From Coleofasciculus chthonoplastes F2-STO-03 (GTDB lineage Bacteria; Cyanobacteriota; Cyanobacteriia; Cyanobacteriales; Coleofasciculaceae): a stretch of DNA of 64,000 bases. A program made the position numbers and the translations under genes. The notes beneath the pieces were generated by a model, which searched no databases, had not been told where the DNA came from, and worked only from the letters and a program-made list of their open reading frames with translations. Numbering within the stretch: position 1 is the stretch's first letter; the number at the start of each line of letters is the position of its first letter. The stretch is from positions 1-64,000 of the forward strand of contig JAVJWO010000040.1 of NCBI GenBank assembly GCA_040222015.1, in the 5' to 3' direction. This document shows, one piece after another, positions 1-11,600 of this stretch.

Positions 1-1217
1 ACTGTGCGGATTGGTTAAAGCAGTTTCAGCAAAAAGTTGATCATTACAAAACTCGTTCTTTCTCCGATTGGATATTTTCCGATTATACTGAATCTTTCAA
101 AAATCAGTTCATTGCCACCTTAAAATCTCGATATACCTTAGAGAAAAATAACATTGACGAACTGTTGTCAACTCCCATTTTTGCCGCGACTGACCGTACC
201 TTACGCAATCACCTAACTCAGTTGTCTCAGCTTAAAAATCCGTTCCTAGAGCGACAACCGATCAATCCCCAAGCTACAACCAAAAAGCCAATTCACAAAT
301 TCCGCAAACGGTCAACGGCTGCTATCCGTGAACGATTCGCGACCGAACCTAATTTTCAACTTGAGGGAACCTTAGAATTCTTTACCAATGATGTATCTGA
401 TATTGCTCAACTATTATTCACAAAAATTAATGGCGAACAACGCTTATTTATTCATCATGACTATGTAGTCAAAGAAGACTTGCGGGAAACCTCAGCGGAT
501 TTAGCCGATCGCCTTAAAAAAGTTTGGCAAGAGACTCCCACGCCACCGCTACAAATTACCTATCACAGTGCTTACTTAAATCAAACTCAAAACTACACCG
601 TTTATCCAGTTTGCCTATATTATTATCAGCGGGCTTACTACCTCTGCGCCTTTGGTCAAAGACCACAGAAAACGGCAACCCAACCGCCAGTCGGATGGTA
701 TAACTACCGTTTAGAACGGATAACTAAACACCAAAAACTGTCTTGGGATACTCCCCATCTCCCTTTCTCCAAATCTGACATTATCAACGATCCTGAACAG
801 TACAATCCAGCTTATATTCAACAGGAATTAGACGCCGCTTATGGCTTTGATTTCTATGAAAACTCTGAGTTAAGCCTGCTGCGGTTTGATCCTGATTTTG
901 CCCAGCGTTACATCGACAACTCCTTCCGTCATCCCACCTTTGAGAAACTGGAGAGTTCTGAAGCAGCACAGGCATTAATTGAGCAATTAAACTTACCCAA
1001 TTCCCAACAACTTTTAGCCCATATTCACGCCTATCCCAATGCCGCTTATTACATTTTCCGCTATCGCCAGCAGGACAATACTGTAATCATGCGTCTTCGC
1101 GCTTGGGGATCTAAAGTAGAAGTCATTTTTCCAGATGAATTGCGACAGTGCATGAGACAGGATATAGAACAAACCTGGCAACTCTATCAAACCAATGACA
1201 TAAGACATAAGACATAA
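1..1217 (+). CDS. WYL-domain CRISPR-associated protein (TIGR03985-like), 5' partial
   Basis: Frame of ORF 165..1217 stays open back to base 3 (CADWLKQF...). Motifs YYYQRAYYLCAFG, WYNYRLERI, YGFDFY and RLRAWG..VEV match cyanobacterial WYL/WCX CRISPR-linked proteins. Confidence 0.75.
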   Translation, partial: CADWLKQFQQKVDHYKTRSFSDWIFSDYTESFKNQFIATLKSRYTLEKNNIDELLSTPIFAATDRTLRNHLTQLSQLKNPFLERQPINPQATTKKPIHKFRKRSTAAIRERFATEPNFQLEGTLEFFTNDVSDIAQLLFTKINGEQRLFIHHDYVVKEDLRETSADLADRLKKVWQETPTPPLQITYHSAYLNQTQNYTVYPVCLYYYQRAYYLCAFGQRPQKTATQPPVGWYNYRLERITKHQKLSWDTPHLPFSKSDIINDPEQYNPAYIQQELDAAYGFDFYENSELSLLRFDPDFAQRYIDNSFRHPTFEKLESSEAAQALIEQLNLPNSQQLLAHIHAYPNAAYYIFRYRQQDNTVIMRLRAWGSKVEVIFPDELRQCMRQDIEQTWQLYQTNDIRHKT

Positions 1218-1224
1218 GACAACT

Positions 1225-2601
1225 TTAATTGTCCCCACCGACTGAATCACGCAACGTTTCGACTGTCAAAACTTGCGGTGGCGTTGCATCTGGTGGATAC
1301 AAAAAATCGAATTGCACTAATCTTTGACTTGATGGTGGCATTTTCAGTGTCACTAAGGGTTCCCCTTCTTGTCCTCGCTGTTGGACTAAATGCCAATACC
1401 CGGTTCGAGGTAATCTAGCATCATCGTTATACCGTAATCGCACCGTTCCTCGGAAAAAGACTTGGGGCGATGGTGGTTCCATAAAGCGTAATCCCTGCTG
1501 AATTTGCTCTTGTTTTAGAGGCGTTTGTAGGGATACGGTAACTGTTTTTGTCTCCTGAGTTGGATTCACCAACGGTAAGGTTAAACTATATTGCACGCCA
1601 TAGTTTCCATGGGCAAAATAGGCAGTATCAGGATAACGTACCAGCATCCTCGCACTCTGGCTTTGATCCGTTCCTAAACGTCCACCGGGTAAGGTACTCA
1701 ATCCATAAGAAAAGGCTTCTCCTGGTTCAGGAATCGTCAAAACCTGGGAGGTGGGACTATCAGTTAACTGAGTTTGCCACTGTGCTCCTTGAGCCACACC
1801 TGCAACCCGACCATAGATGATTTTACCTGTTGTTGAGTCAGGTGGAGTCGGGGCGCGATCGCGGGGTTTAGCTAATTCTCCTGTATCCAATAACTGCTGC
1901 CATTCTACCAGGGTGGGGGCGCGTTCATTTCCCGCCTCATCGGTGGGTGCATAACGGGCGAGACTGGCTAGATACACTTGTCCATCACTGCGTAACCGCA
2001 TTAACGTGGAACGCCCATTAATCGGCGGTTCTAATAATTTAACCGGAATCGGTAAATTGAGTAACAGGCGGCTTTCTTGAGGCGGAATCACCACTTGCGG
2101 CGGAAAGTCGGCTTGGCGATATCCTCTCAAAATATCACTCATCACTCGACTACCGGGACCTGCATATACTGTACCTTGGGGATTCTCAACTTGAGAGGGT
2201 AACTGGATAAACGGTGCATCAGGTTGACTTAAGTAACTAGCCGCTTGCAAAATATCAACCGTGACCGATTCTTCACCCGGATTATGCACAAGTAGTCCCA
2301 AATATAGCGTCCGTAAATCATCAGGTGTTGGCGCTTTAGCAACATGATGGGCAAAGATATCAAAACGTCCCTGAAAGGGGAAGTTTAAGTGGGCGCTAGG
2401 AGTGGCTTTGTTATTTCCCGGAAACGTGGAGAGTAAAATTCCCTCGATTTGCACAAGTTCCGGACTATTACTATTGAAAACAGGAACCTGATCTAATTGT
2501 CCCGGTAACGGACGCACGTCTTGCGGTTGGACAATCTCCACTGGGGGTGGGGGTGTAGGTGTAGCTTGGGCGAGGGGAAAAATGGGCAAAAATGCAAACA
2601 T
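1225..2601 (-). CDS. DUF3370-family secreted protein
   Basis: PVFNSNSPE, GILLSTFP and AHGNYGVQY motifs; signal-like N-terminus. Confidence 0.8.
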   Translation of the reverse strand: MFAFLPIFPLAQATPTPPPPVEIVQPQDVRPLPGQLDQVPVFNSNSPELVQIEGILLSTFPGNNKATPSAHLNFPFQGRFDIFAHHVAKAPTPDDLRTLYLGLLVHNPGEESVTVDILQAASYLSQPDAPFIQLPSQVENPQGTVYAGPGSRVMSDILRGYRQADFPPQVVIPPQESRLLLNLPIPVKLLEPPINGRSTLMRLRSDGQVYLASLARYAPTDEAGNERAPTLVEWQQLLDTGELAKPRDRAPTPPDSTTGKIIYGRVAGVAQGAQWQTQLTDSPTSQVLTIPEPGEAFSYGLSTLPGGRLGTDQSQSARMLVRYPDTAYFAHGNYGVQYSLTLPLVNPTQETKTVTVSLQTPLKQEQIQQGLRFMEPPSPQVFFRGTVRLRYNDDARLPRTGYWHLVQQRGQEGEPLVTLKMPPSSQRLVQFDFLYPPDATPPQVLTVETLRDSVGGDN

Positions 2602-2949
2602 GTAAGAATCAAGGTTTAAAATTTAGGGAATGGGGAACAAAGAAAATAAGTTTACCTCATTACTTTGAGAATCGCCATATAGCCGACTATAGCGCTTGGC
2701 GATCAATACAGATTCATCCTTCAGGACTGTGCAAAAGTCGCTAATAGAGGCATGTAGGGGCGACCCGCTGCATAAATGGACAATTCCAATCTGCTCAATT
2801 GGATCGGGTCGCCCTCCTCAAACCTTGACATAACTGTTTATTGGAAGTAGGAAATTTTGGCATAATATTACTTTCATTATTTAGGGCTTTGGTATACAAT
2901 AAGACAGGTATCATTATTATATAAGATTCATAGGGTATCTCTCTAGTTA

Positions 2950-3867
2950 ATGAAAAATTCCATGCAAGCCAAACCATTTTTAAAATGGGCAGGTGGGAAA
3001 AACCAACTCATTAAAGAAATTGATAAAAATTTGCCTGAAGAGTTAAATCAGGGAAAAATTAATCGATATATTGAACCCTTTGTCGGTGGTGGGGCAGTAT
3101 TTCTATATATTGCCCAGTTGGGCAAAATCGAAGAATTTTTTATTTGTGATATTAATCCTGAACTAATTCTAGCATATAAGACGATCCAGAAAAATGTAGA
3201 AGACTTGATTGAACTTCTATTAAAGCTTCAAGAAAAATTTTTATCTTTCGATGCCGATGAACGAAAGCAATATTTCTATCAAATCCGCTCTCAATTCAAT
3301 CTACAGCGTCAACAAATAGACTTTCATACCTATTACCCAGACTGGGTTGAGAGAACCGCTCACCTAATTTTTCTCAACCGTACCTGTTTTAATGGATTGT
3401 TCCGAGTTAATTCCAAAGGAGAATTTAATGTTCCAATCGGTCGATATAAAAATCCAAAAATTTGTCAGGCAGATAACCTAATAGCGGTGGCTCAAATTCT
3501 GCAAAACACTAAGATTCATTATGGAGATTTTACCGACTCTGAAGCTTTTGTGGATAATCGATCGTTGGTTTATTTCGATCCTCCCTACAGACCTCTAAAC
3601 AAAACAGCTAACTTTACGTCCTATTCTCAAGAAATTTTTGATGATTCATCACAGTTAAGATTACGAGATTTTTTTCGGGTGCTTGATCAGAAGGGAGCCA
3701 AGTTACTTTTGAGTAACTCTGACCCCAAAAATGAAGATTCGACAGATGAGTTTTTTGACAGTGCTTATGCAGGATACCCTATAAAACGAGTAAAGGCGAA
3801 ACGTAATATTAATAGTAAGGCAACCAAACGAGGACAAATTAATGAATTATTAATTGCAAATTATTGA
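2950..3867 (+). CDS. Dam/D12-class N6-adenine DNA methyltransferase
   Basis: KPFLKWAGGK, EPFVGGGAV, FNGLFRVNSKGEFNVP and catalytic DPPY. Confidence 0.93.
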   Translation: MKNSMQAKPFLKWAGGKNQLIKEIDKNLPEELNQGKINRYIEPFVGGGAVFLYIAQLGKIEEFFICDINPELILAYKTIQKNVEDLIELLLKLQEKFLSFDADERKQYFYQIRSQFNLQRQQIDFHTYYPDWVERTAHLIFLNRTCFNGLFRVNSKGEFNVPIGRYKNPKICQADNLIAVAQILQNTKIHYGDFTDSEAFVDNRSLVYFDPPYRPLNKTANFTSYSQEIFDDSSQLRLRDFFRVLDQKGAKLLLSNSDPKNEDSTDEFFDSAYAGYPIKRVKAKRNINSKATKRGQINELLIANY

Positions 3868-3902
3868 TTGGCTAATTAATTAAATAAATTCATCAAAATG
3901 GC

Positions 3903-4097
3903 ATGAAATTTAATCCGGTTTTTCAACACTATATAGATTGCTCAAATACATCCGAAATTTTTCAGTATTTACAAGATACATTAACGGATTCGATAATTGA
4001 ATCCTATAGCCACTTTAGCCCAAAATTGATAAAAATCTCCGTAGAATGTATTGTAGAAGTATTGTTGTTGTCCAGTAATCGGGGTGCTGAAACATGA
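3903..4097 (+). pseudogene. Probable truncated N-terminus of the cognate (DpnII-like) restriction endonuclease
   Basis: AT-rich short ORF directly after the MTase. The first ~33 aa (MKFNPVF...FQYLQDTLTDSI) resemble GATC REase N-termini, then the sequence turns unrelated. Confidence 0.4.
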
Positions 4098-4936
4098 ACA
4101 CCCGCACAATCACCCAACTTTCTCTCATTGTCCTGAGTCTGACTACTGCGATCGCGCCAGCTCATTCGAGTCGTCAAACCTTCCCGACTCAAGCTATGGT
4201 GGCTCAATCTGGAGGCTATCTGTTGGCTCAATCAGGAGGAGGCGTCAATCTTGACGCATTACCGACCGGCTTTCATTTTTTCCGAGACATTTCCGATGAC
4301 CAAAATTATCTGATTTTGGAAAAAAGAGGCAACCTAGTGGTTGGTTATGGCTATAAGTATCAAACTGACTTGAGTTATTGTTATCGAGGCACAGCAAAAG
4401 GCAACTTCATCACTGATGCTGCGTCAGCCAAACCAATTGTTACCTCTCTCCGTGAAGCGTGGGAATTTGCAGAGAACCGCAACATCAATCTAAACAACTA
4501 CCAAAAAATATCTTTAGAAAACATTCAATCTAATATTGATTTCCAACAAAGGCTGTATGAATGCAGAAGACTCTTAGCCGAAGCACCCACCTCCGCCGTT
4601 AACGCTTGGACAGATTTTTTCTTCTATCGCCTTTACCCTCAAATGCAAGGGGAGAAGCTTCAACCCTCACAAACTCAATTACAGCAAGAGTGGGTAGCGA
4701 TTCGCCGCGCGATCGCGGATAAAATTAGGTGGACGCCACGAGACTGTGAACAACCGCCAGAATCTAATGGATATGATGTGGTTAATTATAATCCAAATGA
4801 AGTTGCTGATGCCGTTTTCTATGCCCGTCATCCTGAACTTAATGGACGCAAGATTCGTCCGGGGGAAACGAATCTAGCCAGAGAATGGAGTGGGATTCAA
4901 AGACGCCTCCCTGAGTTTGTCTGCGATAACCCCTGA
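4094..4936 (+). CDS. Secreted hypothetical protein with two internal D-x-x-F-Y-x-x-x-P-x-x-x-G repeats
   Basis: Signal peptide; repeats TDFFFYRLYPQMQGEKL...EW and ADAVFYARHPELNGRKI...EW. Confidence 0.7.
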   Translation: MNTRTITQLSLIVLSLTTAIAPAHSSRQTFPTQAMVAQSGGYLLAQSGGGVNLDALPTGFHFFRDISDDQNYLILEKRGNLVVGYGYKYQTDLSYCYRGTAKGNFITDAASAKPIVTSLREAWEFAENRNINLNNYQKISLENIQSNIDFQQRLYECRRLLAEAPTSAVNAWTDFFFYRLYPQMQGEKLQPSQTQLQQEWVAIRRAIADKIRWTPRDCEQPPESNGYDVVNYNPNEVADAVFYARHPELNGRKIRPGETNLAREWSGIQRRLPEFVCDNP

Positions 4937-4942
4937 ATTTTG

Positions 4943-5992
4943 TTATTTAACTTTATTTCCCGCTAACTCAGCAATAACTTGCTCCAATCCAGCAACAACT
5001 CGCGCTAATCGTTCATAGTCTACTTTATCGGGTGTATCTTCGTCAGTATGATAGTAAGGATAGCGAAAGGGTGCTGTATCTGTTACCATAACACCGGGAT
5101 AACCTTGCTGCCAAAATGCCCACTGATCTGACCAACCCACACCGGGAATTAGATTAGGTAACGTCGCGCCCTCAGAGGGGAATTTGGCATGGCGGCGGAA
5201 GGATTCAATGACGTTGTGAACGAGTTTTATTGACCCTAAGTTGCCGACAAACGCGATAAAATTTCCTTGTAAGGGATAAATCTGGTCTAAGGGAAACGGA
5301 TATTGCTGAGAACCAATTTTATTGGAATAATAACCCATGGTTTCTAAACTCAGCATCGCCACAATATTCTCATTGCGATCGCGGCATTGTTTAGCATAGA
5401 CGAAACTCCCCATCTGAGCCGTCTGAAAAAAGGGCGGTTCTTCATTCACAAATTCTACAAACCGCAGGGTTCTATCTGGCTTTTTTCCCGCAAATAAACG
5501 CGCTAGTTCTAAGGTTGCGGCTGCGCCTGTACCGTTATCATTCGCGGCTGGACTGGTATAAACTGAATCGTAATGACCGCCAACGACAACGATTTCCTGA
5601 GGTTTTTCAGTGCCAATAATTTCAACTTCAAGATTGTAATAGGGTTGATTGTCTATTTCGTATCCTTGTCGCTTGACTTGATAGCCGGATTCTGATAAAT
5701 GCTGCTCCAAAAAATTTGTCGCCGCGATTAAACCGTCATAGTATAAATAGTTGCGTCGCCCAATTTCACCCGCCAATTTTTCTACATCTTGCTGAAGCGC
5801 AGTTTGCAAGGCTATTTCGTTTTGAGTTAGAGGTGGGAGTTCACCGTTATAACTTTCTCCAGGCATTCGGATCATGAGGAACCACGCGCCAAGTAGGACT
5901 ATTACAAGGATTAGACTCAGTATAGCGAGTCGGATGGCTCCGGAGCGATTCAGTAGAGGAATTTTCCACTCGATAGTTGAGTCATTGGTCAT
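4943..5992 (-). CDS. M28-family metallopeptidase, membrane anchored
   Basis: GGHYDS, ANDNGTG, NEEPP, SDQWAF and YHTDEDT motifs; N-terminal TM helix. Confidence 0.9.
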   Translation of the reverse strand: MTNDSTIEWKIPLLNRSGAIRLAILSLILVIVLLGAWFLMIRMPGESYNGELPPLTQNEIALQTALQQDVEKLAGEIGRRNYLYYDGLIAATNFLEQHLSESGYQVKRQGYEIDNQPYYNLEVEIIGTEKPQEIVVVGGHYDSVYTSPAANDNGTGAAATLELARLFAGKKPDRTLRFVEFVNEEPPFFQTAQMGSFVYAKQCRDRNENIVAMLSLETMGYYSNKIGSQQYPFPLDQIYPLQGNFIAFVGNLGSIKLVHNVIESFRRHAKFPSEGATLPNLIPGVGWSDQWAFWQQGYPGVMVTDTAPFRYPYYHTDEDTPDKVDYERLARVVAGLEQVIAELAGNKVK

Positions 5993-6019
5993 TTGTCATT
6001 GGTCATTTGTCATTGGTCA
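5983..6019. repeat. Heptamer STRR tandem repeat (tcattgg/tcatttg)
   Basis: Seen directly. Confidence 0.85.
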
Positions 6020-6032
6020 AGTCGCGGCGGGT

Positions 6033-6062
6033 GTAGGGTGCGTTACGCTTCGCTAACGCACC
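6033..6062. repeat. GTAG-initiated palindromic REP-like repeat (related copies at 45925-45954 and ~56812-56836)
   Basis: gtagggtgcgttacgcttcgctaacgcacc hairpin. Confidence 0.75.
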
Positions 6063-6157
6063 ATTTCAAACGATAGTAGTGAAAGTGAGCCCCTACACAA
6101 TCTTCCCTATCTTCCAGACGTTCCAGCGGAACGTCTCTACAACCCCAGCTTCCTTTA

Positions 6158-6442
6158 CTAGGAAACCACCTCATCATTATTATTGGGCTTGGGAGGTAAG
6201 GTACAACAGTTAATCTCATTCAAACAAACTTTACCCCACTGCAACGCCCAACGCACCAGTGCGACTCGATTATCGGTATGGGTCTTCTGCAAAATATTAC
6301 TAATATGATTATCGACGGTACGCTTACTGATTTCCAAGTCCTGGGCAATCTCCTGATTGGTTAAACCAACGGCGACCAGGTCTACAATTTGTAATTCCCG
6401 GTCTGAGAGAGAAACCGACTTATCTGACTTGCCACCAGCCAT
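6158..6442 (-). CDS. pedR: Small LuxR-type redox-responsive regulator PedR
   Basis: LSDRELQI...SKRTVDNHISNIL HTH plus C-terminal WGKVCL..NCC typical of PedR. Confidence 0.85.
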   Translation of the reverse strand: MAGGKSDKSVSLSDRELQIVDLVAVGLTNQEIAQDLEISKRTVDNHISNILQKTHTDNRVALVRWALQWGKVCLNEINCCTLPPKPNNNDEVVS

Positions 6443-6585
6443 AGGTATTTTGCCCTTGGTAAATCTACTTATGCCTTTTTAATTCTAACGAACTATGGGA
6501 TACCTACACGCCATAACTCATCCTGGTTTGAGAGATTCTTTTTAACCAAAGGTTAAGGCTCTGGTAGTCTGAGGGAAAAGTTGAG

Positions 6586-7572
6586 GTGTATATTGCCGTG
6601 ACTAATCCTCGTGTTCTCTGCCTCGGTGAAATTTTATTCGATCGCCTAGCTAATCAGGTGGGGCGATCTCTGGAACAAGTAGAATCCTGGACGCCTTATC
6701 CTGGGGGAGCGCCAGCGAATGTGGCTTGCGCGTTGGTTAAGTTGGGAACCCCGGCGGCGTTTATCGGATCGGTGGGAGTCGATGAGCCAGGAAACCAACT
6801 TGTCCAATTATTAGAGGATGTGGGTGTGGATAGTAGTGGGGTTCAACGTCATCCTACCGCACCAACCCGACAGGTTTACGTCCTGCGCTCAGAAAAGGGC
6901 GATCGCGAATTTGCTGGGTTTGGTGATTTTGACACGTCCCAATTTGCTGACGCTTTCCTTGATGCCTCGAAGTTACCCGAATCCTTATTTGAGGGGGCTG
7001 ATTATTTAGTTTTGGGTACTCTGGAGTTAGCCTATCCCCAAACCCGACAAGCGATTTACAAAGCCTTGGATCTCGCCAATCGCTATGATGTCAAAGTTTT
7101 AGTGGATATTAATTGGCGTCCGATGTTTTGGTCAGATCCTAGTGAAGCAAAACCACTGATTGAAGAATTTGTCAAGCAAATCGATTTTCTTAAAATAGCC
7201 AAAGAAGAAGCCGAGTTATTCTTTGATACCTCAGATGCAGGGGCGATTACCCATCGTCTGGATTCAGTAGAAGGGGTTTTGGTTACCAATGGAGATCAAG
7301 ACACAACCTATTGTCTCGGTGAACAGGAGGGTATCTTCTCACCCTTTACCCTGAATGTGCAAGATACCACAGGGGCGGGTGATGGTTTTGTCGCTGGCTT
7401 TATTCACCAACTTTGTCAGAATGGGTTTAAATGTCTAGCGACGCCAGAGTCAGCACGAGATGTGGTCAAATACGCCAGTGCTGTGGGTGGATTAACGACG
7501 CTCAAACCTGGTGCGATCGCGGCTCAACCAACCCGACGCGAGGTGGAAGCGTTTCTCAAGGACAATGGTTAA
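6586..7572 (+). CDS. PfkB-family carbohydrate kinase (fructokinase-like)
   Basis: PGGAPANVA and DTTGAGDGFVAG signatures. Confidence 0.93.
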   Translation: MYIAVTNPRVLCLGEILFDRLANQVGRSLEQVESWTPYPGGAPANVACALVKLGTPAAFIGSVGVDEPGNQLVQLLEDVGVDSSGVQRHPTAPTRQVYVLRSEKGDREFAGFGDFDTSQFADAFLDASKLPESLFEGADYLVLGTLELAYPQTRQAIYKALDLANRYDVKVLVDINWRPMFWSDPSEAKPLIEEFVKQIDFLKIAKEEAELFFDTSDAGAITHRLDSVEGVLVTNGDQDTTYCLGEQEGIFSPFTLNVQDTTGAGDGFVAGFIHQLCQNGFKCLATPESARDVVKYASAVGGLTTLKPGAIAAQPTRREVEAFLKDNG

Positions 7573-7782
7573 TTAGATGTAACGGTTTTCCTCAGATCAA
7601 CCGTGCTGTTGCGATCGCTCTGTTTGATTTAAATTGTCTTGCGATCGCTTCTTGCGTTCTGCATATTCATGAAAGTTCACGACTTGAGGCTCAGAGGCAG
7701 GTATATCATCATTAGGGTTGGGTCGGGAAACCTCCGGTGGAAGGGGTGGATCAATCATCGTAAAGTGCTGAATTGGAGGCAT

Positions 7783-8088
7783 TTAAACTTTATGATACGT
7801 GACCCCACGAAATCGAAATTTTTTCACCGATGACGGCTGAGGTTGTCGTAGCTGAACCCCTTGATTTCGGGGAACACTGTTACCGGAATTGGTAACACTC
7901 TGTTGAGTTATCGGGGTCAGCTTTCCGTTAACCATGGTTATTTTTTTCTGTTGTAGTAAGTCTTTCAATGTGTCCCAATTTTCCTGAGGATGCTGTTTTA
8001 GCCAAGCGTCCACAGCTTTCATTGCTGGGACAGGAGGAAGACTAAATTGCATCAAAAGAATGGCGAAAACTTTTCCTTCAGTTGTCAT
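7783..8088 (-). CDS. Small hypothetical protein with C-terminal FRGVTY motif
   Basis: ORF with AAGGAG-free but purine/A-rich upstream region; ends in an xRGVxY motif common in small cyanobacterial proteins. Confidence 0.55.
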   Translation of the reverse strand: MTTEGKVFAILLMQFSLPPVPAMKAVDAWLKQHPQENWDTLKDLLQQKKITMVNGKLTPITQQSVTNSGNSVPRNQGVQLRQPQPSSVKKFRFRGVTYHKV

Positions 8089-8644
8089 TTTTTAAGGAGG
8101 TAAGGAAGCAATTGATTTGGACAGAAGATACACTTTACAGGAGTGATATAGCTCTGAGAAAAGAAAACCCTGATGCTAATTTTCCATTTTGTTAAGAAAG
8201 TTATCTATAATTGTCTTCGGCATCTGGATGCAACTGCCTCAGCCATTTCTCGTGACTTTTTTCAGCTATTTAGCGGATTGACAATATTCGTCATTGGTCT
8301 TTTGTCCTTTGTCCTTTGTTTGCTTCCCTGCTCCCCTTGCTCGGGTTTAGTGAAGTTTCTAGTGGGGAGACGAACGACGCTCAAACCCAGTGCGATCGCT
8401 CTGTCACCTGATGATCTTGCGATCGCTTCTTGTCTTCTGCTTATTCATGTTGAGGCTCAGACATGGGTATATCCATTACAGAAATAAGCTTCTGAAGGGA
8501 AAATTGTCAATAGCTTTTTCTTAAAGATTAAATGAAGATTAAGGACTATGTTAGTAAAGATTCTGTAAAGATGATGCTTCATTATAAATTTATGTTAGAA
8601 GAATATATATGCAATGTATGCGAGAAGCGATGTTGGGGTGAAAA

Positions 8645-11600
8645 ATGCTCTTGGGAAAAACCGATAATGATGATAATACCTTAATCGTTCCCTTCAATGT
8701 TCTTACACCTAACCTAGAAGTATCAGCAGCACAAGTCACTGATGCTAATGGGAATCCAGTAACATCGGTAGCGGCAGATGAAAGAGTGACTCTGTCTTGG
8801 ACAGTATTAAACAGTAGTACCACAGCAACGGCGGGAGCCAATTGGTGGGATAGAATCTATATTTCCCAAGATACAACCCTTGATAGTTCGGATACTTTAT
8901 TACTGAGCGAATATACAAGTTCGTTTACACCGTTGGCAGCGGGAAATGACTATACCATTAACCACAATGCGACTATCCCGGAAATTGCTACAGGGGATTA
9001 CTTCTTCCTGTTTAAGGCTGATGGCAGTGAGAATCAACAAGAAGCCGATGAAACCGATAATATTAGAGCGATTCCAATTCAAATTGATGCACCGAATTTA
9101 GAAGTATCAGCAGCACAAGTCACTGATGGTGATGGAAATCCGGTAACATCGGTAGCGGCAGATGAAACGGTTACTCTTTCTTGGACAGTATTTAATAGTA
9201 GTACCACAGCAACGGCAGGAGCAGATTGGTTCGATAGGGTTTATATTTCCCAAGATACAACCCTTGACAGTTCTGATATTCGGTTGGTGAACTATTTTAT
9301 CAACTCCCATACACCGTTAGTGGCGGGAAATAATTATACAGTTACCAGTAACCCGATTATTCCAGAAATCCCGACAGGGGATTACTTCTTCCTGTTTAAG
9401 GCTGATGGCAGTGAGAACCAACAAGAAGCCGATGAAACTGATAATATTAGAGCGATTCCGATTCAAATTGATGCACCTAACCTAGAAGTATCATCAGCAC
9501 AAGTCACTGATGGTAATGGGAATCCGGTAACATCGGTAGCCGCCGATGAAACGGTTACTCTTTCTTGGACAGTATTTAATAGCAGTACCACAGCAACGGC
9601 AGGAGCCAATTGGTGGGATAGAATCTATATTTCCCAAGATGAGACTCTTGATAGTTCAGATACTTTATTACTGAGCGAATATACAAGTTCGTTTACACCG
9701 TTAGCAGCGGGAAATGACTATACCATTAACCACAATGCGACTATCCCGGAAATTGCTACAGGGGATTACTTCTTCCTGTTTAAGGCTGATGGCAGTGAGA
9801 ATCAACAAGAAGCCGATGAAACTGATAATATTAGAGCGATTCCGATTCAGATTGATGCACCTAACCTAGAAGTATCAGCAGCACAAGTCACTGATGCTAA
9901 TGGGAATCCAGTAACATCGGTAGCCGTAGATGAAACGGTTACTCTGTCTTGGACAGTATTTAATAGTAGCACCACGGCAACGGCAGGAGCAGATTGGTAC
10001 GATAGAGTCTATATTTCCCAAGATACAACCCTTGACAGTTCTGATGTTCGGTTGGTGAACTATTTTATCAACTCCCATACACCGTTAGTGGCGGGAAATA
10101 ATTATACAGTTACCAGTAACCCGATTATTCCAGAAATCCCGACAGGGGATTACTTCTTCCTGTTTAAGGCTGATGGCAGTGAGCAACAACAAGAAGCCGA
10201 TGAAACCGATAATATTAGAGCGATTCCGATTCAAATTGATGCACCTAACCTAGAAGTATCATCAGCACAAGTCACTGATGGTGATGGAAATCCGGTAACA
10301 TCGGTAGCGGCAGATGAAACAGTTACTCTGTCTTGGACAGTCTTAAATAGTAGTACCACGGCAACGGCAGGAGCAAATTGGTACGATAGAGTCTATATTT
10401 CCCAAGATACAACCCTTGATAGTTCAGATGTTCAGTTGCTCAACAGAAATACAGCATCATTGACACCGTTAGCAGCAACAGATAACTATACAGTTACTAA
10501 CAACGTAACTATCCCGGAAATTGCGACAGGGAATTATTTCTTTCTGTTTAAGGCTGATGGCTATGAGGAACAACAAGAAACAGATGAAACTGATAATATT
10601 ACGGCGATTCCAATTCAGATTAGTCCGCCTGCTGACTTGGTAGTCAACTCCGTAACTGCACCAGCAACAGCCAACTTTGGTGATACCATTACTATTGATT
10701 GGCAAGTTGCCAACTCAGGAATAGGAACGACTACCAGAACATGGCGCGATCGCGTCTTTCTTTCTAGTGATAATACCATCAGTACAAATGATACTATCTT
10801 ACTGACCGAATTCGCTCCAACGACTCTCGCTTCAGGTCAAACCTACAATCAGTCAGTATCCGTTACTTTACCCTTAAATAACTCCATCACAGCGGGGACT
10901 TACTTCCTCTTGGCTGAGACTGATAACCTTGAGCAACAGTTCGAGACGAACGAAACCAATAATGTTAACTCAACCCAAATTGAACTGACGATTCCGCCAA
11001 CACCAGACTTAATTGTTAGTAACATTATCGCTCCAACTACCGCTGTTTCAGGACAAGGGATAGAGGTTTCTTGGACATTGACGAATCAAGGGGATGGCAC
11101 AGCTAGTGGCACTTGGACTGACCAAGTTTTCCTCTCGGACAATCTAACCGTTGGTAACGATCAATTCCTCGATTCCTTTACTTTTACCGGGACTCTTGCA
11201 CCCGGAGAATCGATAACTCGCACCCAGATAGTGACTGCGCCAATCGATTTCGCTGGTGATCACTATTTCGTCGTTGATACGGATACAAATAACCAAATTT
11301 TTGAGTTTACTGAGGACAATAATAACAGCGCGATCGATGACCAGGCAATCAGTCTAGAATTGTCCCCTACTCCCAACCTACAAGTAACCAGTGTTACAGC
11401 ACCAACAACAGCCTTCTCTAGTCAGGAAACCGTTGTCGCATGGATTGTCACCAATAGCGGCACAGCGGCTACCAGTACACCGATTTGGACGGATCAAGTC
11501 TGGCTATCTCTAGACCAAATCTTAGATAACAATGATACGTTATTGGGTTCAACAACGAATCCCAGCTTTCTCAATGTAGGCGATAGTTATAGTAATAGTC

